A DNA stretch of 57,691 bases, taken from a virus. Its lineage: Duplodnaviria; Caudoviricetes. A model generated the notes under the pieces. That model was not told the origin of the DNA. It made no database searches and saw only the letters and a program-made list of their open reading frames with translations. The position numbers and the translations under genes are program-made. Position 1 is the stretch's first letter; each line of letters begins with the position of its first letter. Positions 44,476-55,162 of this stretch are shown here, in pieces. The DNA lies in the IMG/VR virus record IMGVR_UViG_3300037634_002466, positions 1 to 57,691 of that record. One strand, given 5' to 3'.

Positions 44476-47400
44476 TAGTTTTCTACCGTTATATCAGAGT
44501 ATTGTCTGGAGTTACCTGATTCAAACTGTGTTACCCCACCATTTTGTGCCCAAATAGGAGCAACTCTATAATTTATTCTACTTCCACCTTCTGGTCCATA
44601 TAAAGGAGCATTTATAGTTTTATCTCTAGCTCCTAAGTTAGTTTGTAATCTATTGAACTCTCTTAATATAGCTAGTATCTCTTCTCCATCTAATGATATA
44701 CTAGCTACTTCACTAATAGTTACATTAGAACCTTTAGCCTTACCCTCTAGTATTATAGATGAAGGAATCACTGTACCTGAAGCTCCTACCGAAAATACCC
44801 CATCATATAGATATTCTTCAAACCTAACTACATTAGAAGAATCATCAATTACCCAGGAATAAGGATTTTGTATTGTCATCTGATCATATAAAATACCCAA
44901 AGATTGTATTTGCCCTGGGGATTGGGCAACTATAGTAGTAACTTTATCCCCAGAAGAGGTAGATATATTTCCATTAGAATCAGAATCTAGATTTGTCCCT
45001 TCTGGTAACACATTACCTTTACTATCCAAGAAAGTTAAATCGTCTAATACTGTATTAGGTAATGAATAGGTATTGTATGTAATTGGATGCTTAACAATAT
45101 CTCTTGAAGACTGACGAATATCTACTACAGAGACATAATCAAAGATAATAAACTTATCCAGTGCTGTGTTGTCATAACTAAATACTTCAACTATGTAATT
45201 TTGAGATGTTCTATGTACTTGATTCTTAGCTTTAAAGTAAGAGTACGGAACTTTAATTTTTATATTTCTAGTATTAAAGTCTACAGAACGAGTAATAAAA
45301 TCCTCTTCTTGCATACTTACAATAACATCTTTATCCGAAGTAAACGCTGGGCATGGGTCTGTAGCTATAGTATACTGATCTGAATAATCCAAAGAATGAG
45401 TTAAATATTGCTTAACATAATTAACTGCTCCTTTAGTTTGTAATATAGCTGCATCTAACTTTCGCCAGGACCCATCGGGCATAAAGTTCCAAAATACTTT
45501 ATTACCATGATAATCATCTTCTACATCTGTGTGTATCCAAGCTCCTATATTACCCCCACCTAAAATATCAGAGTTTTTAGTTCCTATGGCCGCGTTCACT
45601 GACAACTTAAAATCTCTTTCTGGGATTAGGAAATTTTCGTTAGCCCCATAATCCTTAAGATTAAATCTTAGTCTGGGAAATGAGTTCTTAGTATCTACGA
45701 CCACTAAAGGATTGTTAATAACATAGTTATCTCTATCTACCGAAGCATTAGTATCGTCCAGATTAATAAAAGAAAACTTAGAAGTGCTATCAGGGAAATC
45801 CGTAAACTCCATTCCTGATAGTATGTAAGGATTTCTAAACTCTGTCTTCTCTACTGGCATATCTTGTACACTTGAAGCTGTTATATTATTTAAAGAAGAT
45901 ACATCAGATATAGAAAAGGGATTCTCTGTAGCCATGGTAGTTGCCTCTAATGTAGAACTTACGGTTGCATCCAGAGCGGATCCGTCAAGAGTAAACCGAC
46001 CATTGAGGAATAATGGGCCGTATACATGAGATAGTATATTGGCACCACCATCAGTATAAGTGTCTAATAACCCATTACCTATACCAGTATTAGTAAAGTA
46101 ATCTATATAATCCTTAAACATTTTATGCATACCATCTATAGAGTCTCTACTAAATCTTCTATTACCCAAAATAAAATTATAAATTTCAGAAGTATCATCA
46201 CTACCATTACTCCAAAGGGTATTCTTTAACGAAGCTATAGGATCTAAATAAGCAGAGGTATCTAGTAAAGATTTGTTCTCTGCGTAGATAGCTCTAGCCT
46301 CCGCTTCATATTTTTTATCTAAAAGTTTATGGAGTACACGCTGGAACTCAGGTGTGCGCTCTCTTCTAACATAACTATCACAGGTTGAAGATACTAAAGC
46401 AGAAGACCCCCTTATATCAAAAGTAGAGGAAGCATAAATACCACTCATTTCCTTGTCAGAATTTAAAGTCCAGCAAGGACTCCAAACATTAAGCTCATGC
46501 GGATAACCACTTACTTCATCTAAATCATACGGATTGATAACAGGATTATATTTGTAAAGTATATTTACAAACCCTAGGGGAGCAAACTCTGTGTCTGCAC
46601 CTTGAGAACTAGTGTTGAAATAGGAAGGCATGTTTCGCCCAGTCCTAGTGTACCATCCACCTTTCTGAAGAGTTTTAGAAAAATCTCTCCTTCTAACATT
46701 AGTTCTATCTACTTGTGTTAAAGGAACAGCACTAACTGAAGAACCCGCTAACTGAGAGAAATCTCCAGGACTATCTACAAAATCTCTTTTGTATACGGGT
46801 AGATTAGTATGATCATTTCTAGCTCTACTAGAATTATCTGGGGTTGGAAAATCTCCACCCACAGCGTAAGGAATGTTTCGTATATCAACCCCAGAAGATT
46901 GCACAGACCCTGGGAATCCAGATAAAGATATATCATATAGTAAATATCTAACACTAGGACAGTTAAATGTAATAGCACTTAAAGTCTCTACTTGCTGTAA
47001 ATCTACATGGGTTCTAGGTATGGACTTAGCTGGCGAGAATTCATCAACTATAGATAAGGATTGGAAAAAATCTTGCTTAGTGTAAATTGTAGAGTTAAAG
47101 AAGCTGTCTGTAAAAGATCCTGATGATACACTTACATTGAAGTGTGAGGATTTAGCATTCCATAAAGGAAGATATTTATACTTCTCTACCTTATAATTAT
47201 CTAATATCGTAGACTCATTTGGAGGTAAGTTTATAGAACTCGTAAAAAACAGTAACCCGTTATTGTAAAATCTAGTATCTAAGTTTTTTTGTGATATATT
47301 ATTTGCTGCATAATTATAAAAATTAGTAGCATGCTCATAGGATACCCCTAAACAAATAAGTTCATTCTTTATGAATTGTAAAAATGAAGGAGTAGATTCA

Positions 47401-48893
47401 CAATCCATATAAAACTTTTCTTCTTCCCAGGGTGGTATACTAAAAGATCTTCCCCTATAAAAGAATACAAAATCTGGATTAGTTAAATCAAACTTAAAGT
47501 TCTTTACATAGAATAGCTCAGGGAATCTAGTCACTGCTTTAAGCATCATATGATCAATAACAATTCTTACATTATTATCCAAACTAGCAGGATCGTATTC
47601 CCCCCCTGTATACTTAAAGGCTTCTTCCTGGGTCCAAGTACTTAAAGATTCAAATAATGCACTATCTGTATTTAATAAATAATAAGCCAAATAAGGAATA
47701 TAAGATTCATAAAACTCTGATATACTAGACTCCTCAAGCTCTACCCCAGGAAGTACCGTAGTTATAGCATTATATAAACCTTTCTTGGTGCCTCTTTGTT
47801 TGTAAAGTGTAGTCGCAAATAGTAACTGTCTTCTCCAACCCTCTGGATTACTTCCTTTAAGATCCCACCCAATTAGATCAGCAACATACTTCAGAAGTCT
47901 AGGTGGACAATTTTCTATATCATATAAAGACTCTAACCTCTCTACCTCATCTCTAGTATCAAAAAAAGAATAAGATACCCCCTTTATAAATTTGCTGAAT
48001 GGTCCTGCCCTTTCCCTTCCAGTCAGTAATGTGGAATTAGCTACATAATCATCAAAAGCATCACGAACATAAGTATCATCTTTATTAGAATACTGATCAG
48101 AGTAGATAACATCTATAAGAGTGTGAAGCCTGTCTAGAGGTTGGGTTCCACTTACATAAGTAGTTGTACCTGAAGTATAATCACTAGGAAGAAGTCCAGG
48201 ATAAGTACTAGATAGAGAAGGCCAATTATTATATACATAATAAGATAGACCCTTAATACCATCCTTCACTGAAAAGTTAGTACCAGATACATACATATCC
48301 GCTAGAGAGCTTGCTATGTAGCTGGAAGCGTCCCCTGCTGAAGCAGTATTTAAGAAATATATCCACCCTAATCTATTAATTAGATATTCATGTGTTCCTC
48401 CAGGAGTAGTACTGAATGCACCAGATGTAGTAGTCTGTAAGGAATCAGAGTTAAGAATTATTTTAGGGAATAAAGTATCCTTAAACACATTAACAATATT
48501 AGTATAAGGTACTCCTGAGAAATTAGTATTACATTCATTACCAGGACAAGAGTAGTAGGTACATTGCATACCATTTAAGTCTCCCATGCATATCCCTAAA
48601 GGATGTAGTATCTGTATCTCAAACTCTTTAGCGGTCAGATTATTAATCTTATTTTGTGGGATAAACCATCTAGACAAAGAGGATACTTCATTTATACTAG
48701 AAAATGTTCCTGCCGCAGAAATGGAAAGTATAGTAGGTTGGTTTACACAAAAGTTTATATGGCTATTTATAATACTGTCGATAGCGTCAGGTTGGGTGCC
48801 ACTTAAAGTAAGATCTTGAGTAAAATATACTTCAGGTATAATATAATCTAAAGCATCCTTATAATTTCTTTTGTAAAATCTATTTGTTGTCAT
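44475..48893 (-). CDS. Large baseplate wedge protein with P2 gpI-like domain
   Basis: LYDIENCPPRLLKYVADLIGW...LYKQRGTKKG; directly follows the gp6-like gene. Confidence 0.7.
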   Translation of the reverse strand: MTTNRFYKRNYKDALDYIIPEVYFTQDLTLSGTQPDAIDSIINSHINFCVNQPTILSISAAGTFSSINEVSSLSRWFIPQNKINNLTAKEFEIQILHPLGICMGDLNGMQCTYYSCPGNECNTNFSGVPYTNIVNVFKDTLFPKIILNSDSLQTTTSGAFSTTPGGTHEYLINRLGWIYFLNTASAGDASSYIASSLADMYVSGTNFSVKDGIKGLSYYVYNNWPSLSSTYPGLLPSDYTSGTTTYVSGTQPLDRLHTLIDVIYSDQYSNKDDTYVRDAFDDYVANSTLLTGRERAGPFSKFIKGVSYSFFDTRDEVERLESLYDIENCPPRLLKYVADLIGWDLKGSNPEGWRRQLLFATTLYKQRGTKKGLYNAITTVLPGVELEESSISEFYESYIPYLAYYLLNTDSALFESLSTWTQEEAFKYTGGEYDPASLDNNVRIVIDHMMLKAVTRFPELFYVKNFKFDLTNPDFVFFYRGRSFSIPPWEEEKFYMDCESTPSFLQFIKNELICLGVSYEHATNFYNYAANNISQKNLDTRFYNNGLLFFTSSINLPPNESTILDNYKVEKYKYLPLWNAKSSHFNVSVSSGSFTDSFFNSTIYTKQDFFQSLSIVDEFSPAKSIPRTHVDLQQVETLSAITFNCPSVRYLLYDISLSGFPGSVQSSGVDIRNIPYAVGGDFPTPDNSSRARNDHTNLPVYKRDFVDSPGDFSQLAGSSVSAVPLTQVDRTNVRRRDFSKTLQKGGWYTRTGRNMPSYFNTSSQGADTEFAPLGFVNILYKYNPVINPYDLDEVSGYPHELNVWSPCWTLNSDKEMSGIYASSTFDIRGSSALVSSTCDSYVRRERTPEFQRVLHKLLDKKYEAEARAIYAENKSLLDTSAYLDPIASLKNTLWSNGSDDTSEIYNFILGNRRFSRDSIDGMHKMFKDYIDYFTNTGIGNGLLDTYTDGGANILSHVYGPLFLNGRFTLDGSALDATVSSTLEATTMATENPFSISDVSSLNNITASSVQDMPVEKTEFRNPYILSGMEFTDFPDSTSKFSFINLDDTNASVDRDNYVINNPLVVVDTKNSFPRLRFNLKDYGANENFLIPERDFKLSVNAAIGTKNSDILGGGNIGAWIHTDVEDDYHGNKVFWNFMPDGSWRKLDAAILQTKGAVNYVKQYLTHSLDYSDQYTIATDPCPAFTSDKDVIVSMQEEDFITRSVDFNTRNIKIKVPYSYFKAKNQVHRTSQNYIVEVFSYDNTALDKFIIFDYVSVVDIRQSSRDIVKHPITYNTYSLPNTVLDDLTFLDSKGNVLPEGTNLDSDSNGNISTSSGDKVTTIVAQSPGQIQSLGILYDQMTIQNPYSWVIDDSSNVVRFEEYLYDGVFSVGASGTVIPSSIILEGKAKGSNVTISEVASISLDGEEILAILREFNRLQTNLGARDKTINAPLYGPEGGSRINYRVAPIWAQNGGVTQFESGNSRQYSDITVEN

Positions 48894-50509
48894 TACACTA
48901 AATTAATATTTATAACTAAGTTATTTAACTGGATTATTTCATTAAACTCAATATGTATATCATCATTCAAATTATCAATACTTGAATACCTTACATCCGA
49001 CAACTCAAAAATTTCTCTATTCAAATCAGCCAATATTAAAGGCTCGCCAAAATCTCTATTAGTAGATAAGAAATAATTTTGAACTTTTCTAGCTATTTGT
49101 GGCGTTATAGTTCCTTCAATACCTTCAAATCTTTTATCTACATTAGCTGTAATAATTAAGTCTACTGTTCTTATTAAACCATCGTTAACTACTACATCAT
49201 CAGTAATCATCTTTTTAAGATCTATGGCAGCCAATAAATCATTTTTAAATGATATAGAAGCCTTTTGAAGTTGTATATCCGTTGCACTCTCTAAAATAAA
49301 TAAGTCTATAACATTAGCAGAGCTAAATGCCTTCCTCAAAGAGGCTGTACCTTTCCCTGCTGCCCCAGCAGAAGATATAAATCTATTAGCAAACGCTGTG
49401 TAGTCCTCCAAGGAAACTAGCCTATCCTGCCTTCTAAAGGTTAGTGGAGCATACCTTTTAGCCTTTTCCACCGTCTCTGCGTCTGTCCCACCAGTAGCCA
49501 TAGACATTTGAACGACTCGTATTCCTTGGTCTGCTACCTCATTATAAGTTCCAGTCCCCACAGCATTTATATAACTGTCAGGAGTATTACCTCTACTACC
49601 ACCACCAACTCTATAAGTTATGGTGTATACAGACCCAGGAGGAGGGGATACTCCATTATTTCCATCCCCAAAAATAATACGAGCCTTATAATCATCAGAG
49701 TAAACAACTTGGAATACTTTATCATCTGTAGAAGAGGCTTGATATAAGTTATCAACTGCTTTATACACACCATCTGCTTTAGGTAAAGAAGGAGAACTTA
49801 TATAAACTTGTGCGCTGTTCTGAATAACAGGAGCTTCCGTTAATGAAATAGATTTAAACACATCAACATCAGAGAATTGTCCACTCTCTACAGCAAATGC
49901 CCCCTCCAATAATACCACTTCTGAATAAACCCCCGTAGAAGAGGTTAATAAAGAAGAAGTATAAGTAACAGAAGCATTACTTTCTGGGTCTCCTATCTGA
50001 CCATTTGATATTTTGTACAAAGTATATGTAGAAGACTCCCCATCCTCGGGAGAAACTACCGTAAATACTCTTTCTGATGGGGATAGTGTTAAATCTGCTA
50101 CCAACTCATCAACACCATTTACAGATATATCCGCAGTAGCCTGAGCAGAAGTAGGCCCTTTCATGGAAACACCCACTAATTCAAATAACTTCCTCACACT
50201 ATCTCGATCTTTCGCAGTAGAAATAAAATTTTCATTAGCTAACATATCAGCTTTTAGGGATAATACTGCTCCCATATAAGCAACTACCTCTATAAGCATC
50301 ATGCCTAGATCCGATTCTGCGAAGTTATTGTAATCTAATGGATATACAGCTTGAATATAATTTATAATACCTTGACGCATACTAGCAAAATCAGTAGCTT
50401 CATAATCTATATAATTATCTTTGATAGAGTCTGGTATATTAACCAGCTTTAAAAAATCTGAACCTACATCAGTAAACGGTACAGGCTGGCTTGAAAATGG
50501 GTCGCTCAT
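48893..50509 (-). CDS. gp6: Baseplate wedge protein (gp6/J-like)
   Basis: DFASMR, NENFISTA, FGDGNNG..P, YRVGGGSRGN, GGTDAET, QDRLVSLEDY. Confidence 0.9.
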   Translation of the reverse strand: MSDPFSSQPVPFTDVGSDFLKLVNIPDSIKDNYIDYEATDFASMRQGIINYIQAVYPLDYNNFAESDLGMMLIEVVAYMGAVLSLKADMLANENFISTAKDRDSVRKLFELVGVSMKGPTSAQATADISVNGVDELVADLTLSPSERVFTVVSPEDGESSTYTLYKISNGQIGDPESNASVTYTSSLLTSSTGVYSEVVLLEGAFAVESGQFSDVDVFKSISLTEAPVIQNSAQVYISSPSLPKADGVYKAVDNLYQASSTDDKVFQVVYSDDYKARIIFGDGNNGVSPPPGSVYTITYRVGGGSRGNTPDSYINAVGTGTYNEVADQGIRVVQMSMATGGTDAETVEKAKRYAPLTFRRQDRLVSLEDYTAFANRFISSAGAAGKGTASLRKAFSSANVIDLFILESATDIQLQKASISFKNDLLAAIDLKKMITDDVVVNDGLIRTVDLIITANVDKRFEGIEGTITPQIARKVQNYFLSTNRDFGEPLILADLNREIFELSDVRYSSIDNLNDDIHIEFNEIIQLNNLVININLV

Positions 50510-50949
50510 ATGTTAACCTTTATATTTATAATTTCTGTATTGTTACGTGGAGATATATCCATCTCAACTTTAATCCCAGGAAGACCAAACCCTGTTAAAT
50601 TATCACTTTGAAAGAATCTTATTCGCCTAATAACTATATTTGGGGCATATAAAGCCATCCCATCAATGATATTAGTAGCCATTACACTAGCCATGTCCCT
50701 AGAAAGAGGCTCAAATATAAAATCTTTTAATGATGCACCAAAATTTGGAAGCATTACTCGTTCCCCTTTAGAAGTCCTAAGGAACTGAATAACTTGGCTA
50801 CGAATTAACGCTAAACTAGAGTTTTTAGTAAAGTAAGGTGCTTTAGGATTAAGTCCTGTGGGCCAAGTAAGCCCAACTAACTTCTCCTTAGGGGCTTCTA
50901 TAACCTCTTTTCTTGCTAAGTTACTTGCTATTTTTCCGTAAAGAACCAT
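50506..50949 (-). CDS. gp25: Baseplate wedge subunit / sheath initiator
   Basis: TSKGERVMLPNFGASLKDFIFEP. Confidence 0.92.
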   Translation of the reverse strand: MVLYGKIASNLARKEVIEAPKEKLVGLTWPTGLNPKAPYFTKNSSLALIRSQVIQFLRTSKGERVMLPNFGASLKDFIFEPLSRDMASVMATNIIDGMALYAPNIVIRRIRFFQSDNLTGFGLPGIKVEMDISPRNNTEIINIKVNI

Positions 50950-50951
50950 AA

Positions 50952-53900
50952 TTAAACATCTATATTCTCAAAAAATACTCTTTGAGCATTGTAATTAGTA
51001 ATCACCTCAGTTTTATTTAGAGGTTTACGATAGAATTTTAAACTTCCTACATACCCATTATAAGAACTAATCATACCTGCACCAGGGTCTAAGAATCCCC
51101 CTGAGGAAGTTGCTAAATTCACAGGTCTCCCATCTGTCCACCCACCCCCAACAATCCAAGGAGTAAAGAATCCATAATTATCAGGTCCATTATCAAACAG
51201 AGATGTGGAAGATGTCTGGTTTACAGTACTCTTGGAGTAATAAAAACTACTAGTACTATAAGTTTTTGGTATCATAAAGGAAGGTACTTGAGGAGCTTCC
51301 TTAGGATTGGTTCCGAAGGTAGAAGATATACTTTGAGTCTTAAACTTAACTCCATTCACATATAAAGTAATTAAATCGTTTTCTACATCAAATGTAATCT
51401 GTAAATTAACAAAATTAGTTGATATAGAACTTAAAGCTACCCCCTCCACTATCTCCTTAGTTGATACCATAAATCTCATTATGGGCTCATCATCTACAGG
51501 ACATAATGAGTTTCTAACAAACCCAACAGTACTTGAAATATCGTTACTACCTCTCGGACTTATATAAGACTGAGTTGGGGCTATAAAGAACACGCTGGAA
51601 CCTGCTCCTATCTCTAATTTTCTATTCTTCAGTACAGTATCAAAGTAAGATATTCCTAATGTTCCGCTATGGACAACAGGAGGCCACGCGATTGAACCAC
51701 CAAAAGGCGAACGCTCACCAGATGTCCACAATATGCAGCAAGCATCATGAGAACTAGCTGGATAACCATCTCCAGCTTCCGTAATAGTGTACTCAATAGT
51801 TTTATCGGAGTCATCGCTAATCTGAAATGTTCCACTAGCTTGACGAACAGCAGCAGGAATAGCATTAATACTATCACCAGAAACAACCCACACCCCCGCA
51901 CTACCCTTATCGTAGTTAAAAGTATTGGGTCCAACTACACCACTTAAAGACCATCCAAAGAACTCTCTTGGGTTAAGATCAGTTGAACCAGGAAGTACAG
52001 CACTTCCATCATAATACATTCTAGGCTCTCTACTAAAGCCCATAAGCATCCCTCGCACAGTTTCAGAAGATCTATCAACAAAGACTTGAGACTGGTTTAC
52101 TGGGGTCATCGTACCTCCAGTATTCTCACATCCTAAAAGAACTCTGTAATAATGTGCATCACACCACTTACCTTCGGTAGAGCTAAAATTAAAGTCCCAT
52201 GCACTTGTAGAAAAAGGATGTTCCCACCAACCACCCTCTTCCTGGAATAATCCTGGGATATAGGTCCACACATCTATGGAACATCCTAAGTTATTATAGA
52301 AAAGGTTTTGATAGTCTTGAGTATCAGGTAATTTCACATAATTACCCGCATCCCCCACTAAATAAGGATAAGTATCATAATCTTCCCCATCAAATTCGTA
52401 ATAAGCGTTTTCTTTAGTTAATCTAGTTACTCCCGTTAGGTATGGAATAGCTAATCCCTTCTGGAATAAGTAATTTGGGTTAGTAGATACAGTTTGCGCT
52501 CTATTCTCTGTTCCTTTCGCAGTACAATTTAAAGTATTGTAAGTAGTTGAGTCTGGAACTTGTATATTAACATCTGCAAAGTTATACACAGCTATTAAAT
52601 TATCTGTAGTAATATTACTTACTAAAGAAAGTACATATGGAGTCTCAGACACCTCTTCTCCGTCTAATAGACTTGCAACTCCCTGCTCTGCCACCTCCAA
52701 TGGAGTAAGTACGACTTTCTGCATAGATCCATCTGATCTAGCGAATAATGGCTTAATAGGAAGGACAACACCACTAACTTCACCATGATCAAACACCAAA
52801 TTTCTTTGCTTGTCCATCTCCACATCCAAGTTAATAGAACTTAGATATGAAAAATCATTAATAGGTACATTTCCTACGGAAAATACATCAGAGGAACCAA
52901 ATAGATCGGGAGCTTTAACTGCTACTTCAATCTGCTTCTTTCTTTTATTAATTTTATTAAGAAATAAACTGTTCTCTGATTTTAATTGCTGAACATAGTT
53001 TACATAGATAGCAGAATCTTTCTTGTAGCCAGAATTTAGTATTGTTACTATATTCTTATTAACAAAATCAACCGCTTGGTTCCTGTGAGTCTTAAGAACT
53101 TGTAAAAAGTGATCAGCGTCATAGTAATTCTGTAAAGATGTTGAATCATCAATAACATCTAGGTCAAAAAGGGTATCCACATAAGAATTCAGTTGTTTAA
53201 TTGTATAAGAAGTTCCCCTTCCACCTAAATTAGGGGTATGATCTAACATCCATCTATCTTGTGCGGGTACAAACTCTAAATCATCTGTTGTTGGTACTTC
53301 AGATCCCCCAGCGTAGTCTCTTTCCTGTGAATCATAGTAAAGACCATCAACAGATAAAAGGTATTGTCCCCTCTTGGCCTTAGGTGGACCGAAATCTAAC
53401 CTGAATATAGGCTGTTCAGGTGCAACAGGAGGATCTCCTTCTGTAAATACAGGAATGAGGTCAGGATTCTGTACTCTTTCCGCAAAAATTTCAGCGATTG
53501 CTCCCTGTGTAATTGCTGCTCTATCTAGGAAGTCTTTAGCTGCGGATGCTTGAGATTTATAAATGTTAAACTGGCCTATACTACCAGCAATTTGCTGTTG
53601 AGCGGTATTGGCATCTTGAAATTTTCCTTTATTTTCACTACGATCCATCCAGTCATGAAAATCCTGCAAACAGTTTTCTATAGCTTCTATCTGATCCATT
53701 ATATCCTGACCAGCCTGATAAATGGCACCAGCAGCACCCGCTACAAACCCAATAAGTTCTCCAAGCTCCCCTAAAGAATCCCCCAATGTACTGTCTGCAC
53801 CATGTCTAGATGAGTCGCCAAATAAACTAAGCTTGCCCGTCTGTGAGTCGTACTCTAATATGCCTATAGCATCATGAATATCCTCAAATATAGAAGCCAT

Positions 53901-54080
53901 AGCATTTCTAGCAGCATTCTCGCCCTCCGCTATCCCTCTTGATACACCACCTAAAACATCCCCAGGAAGTAGAGATAGAACATTTTTAGCTAGATCTACC
54001 ATACAACTAGGGACTCCATACTCCATAGCGATTCCCCCTAGGGGATCGTTCAACATGTTTGGATTATAATTTATTCCCAT
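50952..54080 (-). CDS. Baseplate-region protein with helical N-terminus and an interrupted LamG-like domain
   Basis: LIAVYNF, CSIDVW, TLYVNG, YVGSLKFYRKPLNKTEVITNYNA. Confidence 0.55.
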   Translation of the reverse strand: MGINYNPNMLNDPLGGIAMEYGVPSCMVDLAKNVLSLLPGDVLGGVSRGIAEGENAARNAMASIFEDIHDAIGILEYDSQTGKLSLFGDSSRHGADSTLGDSLGELGELIGFVAGAAGAIYQAGQDIMDQIEAIENCLQDFHDWMDRSENKGKFQDANTAQQQIAGSIGQFNIYKSQASAAKDFLDRAAITQGAIAEIFAERVQNPDLIPVFTEGDPPVAPEQPIFRLDFGPPKAKRGQYLLSVDGLYYDSQERDYAGGSEVPTTDDLEFVPAQDRWMLDHTPNLGGRGTSYTIKQLNSYVDTLFDLDVIDDSTSLQNYYDADHFLQVLKTHRNQAVDFVNKNIVTILNSGYKKDSAIYVNYVQQLKSENSLFLNKINKRKKQIEVAVKAPDLFGSSDVFSVGNVPINDFSYLSSINLDVEMDKQRNLVFDHGEVSGVVLPIKPLFARSDGSMQKVVLTPLEVAEQGVASLLDGEEVSETPYVLSLVSNITTDNLIAVYNFADVNIQVPDSTTYNTLNCTAKGTENRAQTVSTNPNYLFQKGLAIPYLTGVTRLTKENAYYEFDGEDYDTYPYLVGDAGNYVKLPDTQDYQNLFYNNLGCSIDVWTYIPGLFQEEGGWWEHPFSTSAWDFNFSSTEGKWCDAHYYRVLLGCENTGGTMTPVNQSQVFVDRSSETVRGMLMGFSREPRMYYDGSAVLPGSTDLNPREFFGWSLSGVVGPNTFNYDKGSAGVWVVSGDSINAIPAAVRQASGTFQISDDSDKTIEYTITEAGDGYPASSHDACCILWTSGERSPFGGSIAWPPVVHSGTLGISYFDTVLKNRKLEIGAGSSVFFIAPTQSYISPRGSNDISSTVGFVRNSLCPVDDEPIMRFMVSTKEIVEGVALSSISTNFVNLQITFDVENDLITLYVNGVKFKTQSISSTFGTNPKEAPQVPSFMIPKTYSTSSFYYSKSTVNQTSSTSLFDNGPDNYGFFTPWIVGGGWTDGRPVNLATSSGGFLDPGAGMISSYNGYVGSLKFYRKPLNKTEVITNYNAQRVFFENIDV

Positions 54081-55162
54081 TATATAGAATCCTTTGCTTC
54101 CTCTTGATTATCTTTGGTAGGTTGTGTCTTACCGAAATCGAAATTGGGGTTTAAATGAATATTATTACCCTTCATATTTATGTTCCCACCAGCATTTACG
54201 TTGAAATCTCCAGTGGTATTAATATCTATGGGTCCCGCACTGAAAATCTCCACTCCTCCACCCCCAGCCTTTATGGATATTAGGCCAGTAGATTCACTAG
54301 CGTCTATAAATATCCTCCTTCCCTCATCTACCCTTTTCTCAGTAACTTTTATGGTAACATCATTATGCTTACTAAGGATATTAACTGATCCAACATCATT
54401 ATCTGTGGACACATTACCTTTATTATAATCTTTTTCAGCCTCATTAACTATTTGGAGTCTCCTTCCCCCAGAGCATACTTTATGTAACATCTCCCCATTA
54501 TGGCTTTTGTTAACTAGATTACCATCGCATTCCATTCTGGTACTTCTAACCCCATGAACTCCCTTGTAATACTCTGAGGTTATTTGGATACCGTCTCCAT
54601 GCTCATTCTTCATTAGCATGGTTCCTTCAGAATCGTACCCACCTATCTTCTTTTGGGTCTTGCTGATTAATGCAGTAAATAAGTCTCGTTCTTTTCTATT
54701 ATGGGAATCACTTATGACTACTTGCCCACCCTCTGGACTTTGTAAGCCATACTTCTCTGGAAACATATTATGTGAATACACACCAAAGTTCTCTGGGGAG
54801 CTAATAAGTTTGTCTAACCTACTACTTAATAAAACCCTCTCAAAAAGATTTACTGCGATACTCCCACCCGCAGTTCCCCCAGGGACATTTAAAAAATTAT
54901 CGCCTTCTTTGTATGTCGGGGCACCTGCATAGTACCAGTAATTTCCTTCCTCAAACTTATTAACTAGTATTCTAGTTCCAAGAGTTGGTATGGCTGTAAA
55001 TCCAGTATACCTATAGTAATTAGAATTTATAGGGTGGGACGCAAAGGGAGTAACATAAATAACTTGAATACTCTCTTTGTTATAATCCAATTCGGCTTGG
55101 AAAATACCTTTTTTAGAGAGGTCAACTGTTCTTGTTACTGTTGCAAATTTGGTTTGAGTCAT
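54080..55162 (-). CDS. gp5: Baseplate central spike, gp5/VgrG-like, with no lysozyme domain seen
   Basis: OB-fold-like YVTPF...GFTAIPTLGTRILV...WYY; C-terminal beta repeats DINTTGDFNVNAGGNINMKGNNIHLN. Confidence 0.7.
   Translation of the reverse strand: MTQTKFATVTRTVDLSKKGIFQAELDYNKESIQVIYVTPFASHPINSNYYRYTGFTAIPTLGTRILVNKFEEGNYWYYAGAPTYKEGDNFLNVPGGTAGGSIAVNLFERVLLSSRLDKLISSPENFGVYSHNMFPEKYGLQSPEGGQVVISDSHNRKERDLFTALISKTQKKIGGYDSEGTMLMKNEHGDGIQITSEYYKGVHGVRSTRMECDGNLVNKSHNGEMLHKVCSGGRRLQIVNEAEKDYNKGNVSTDNDVGSVNILSKHNDVTIKVTEKRVDEGRRIFIDASESTGLISIKAGGGGVEIFSAGPIDINTTGDFNVNAGGNINMKGNNIHLNPNFDFGKTQPTKDNQEEAKDSI

Noticed and set aside
28742-48893. Diversity-generating retroelement acting on fibre genes
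   Set aside because: No reverse transcriptase and no near-identical TR/VR nucleotide pair were noticed; the paralogy is visible only at the protein level.
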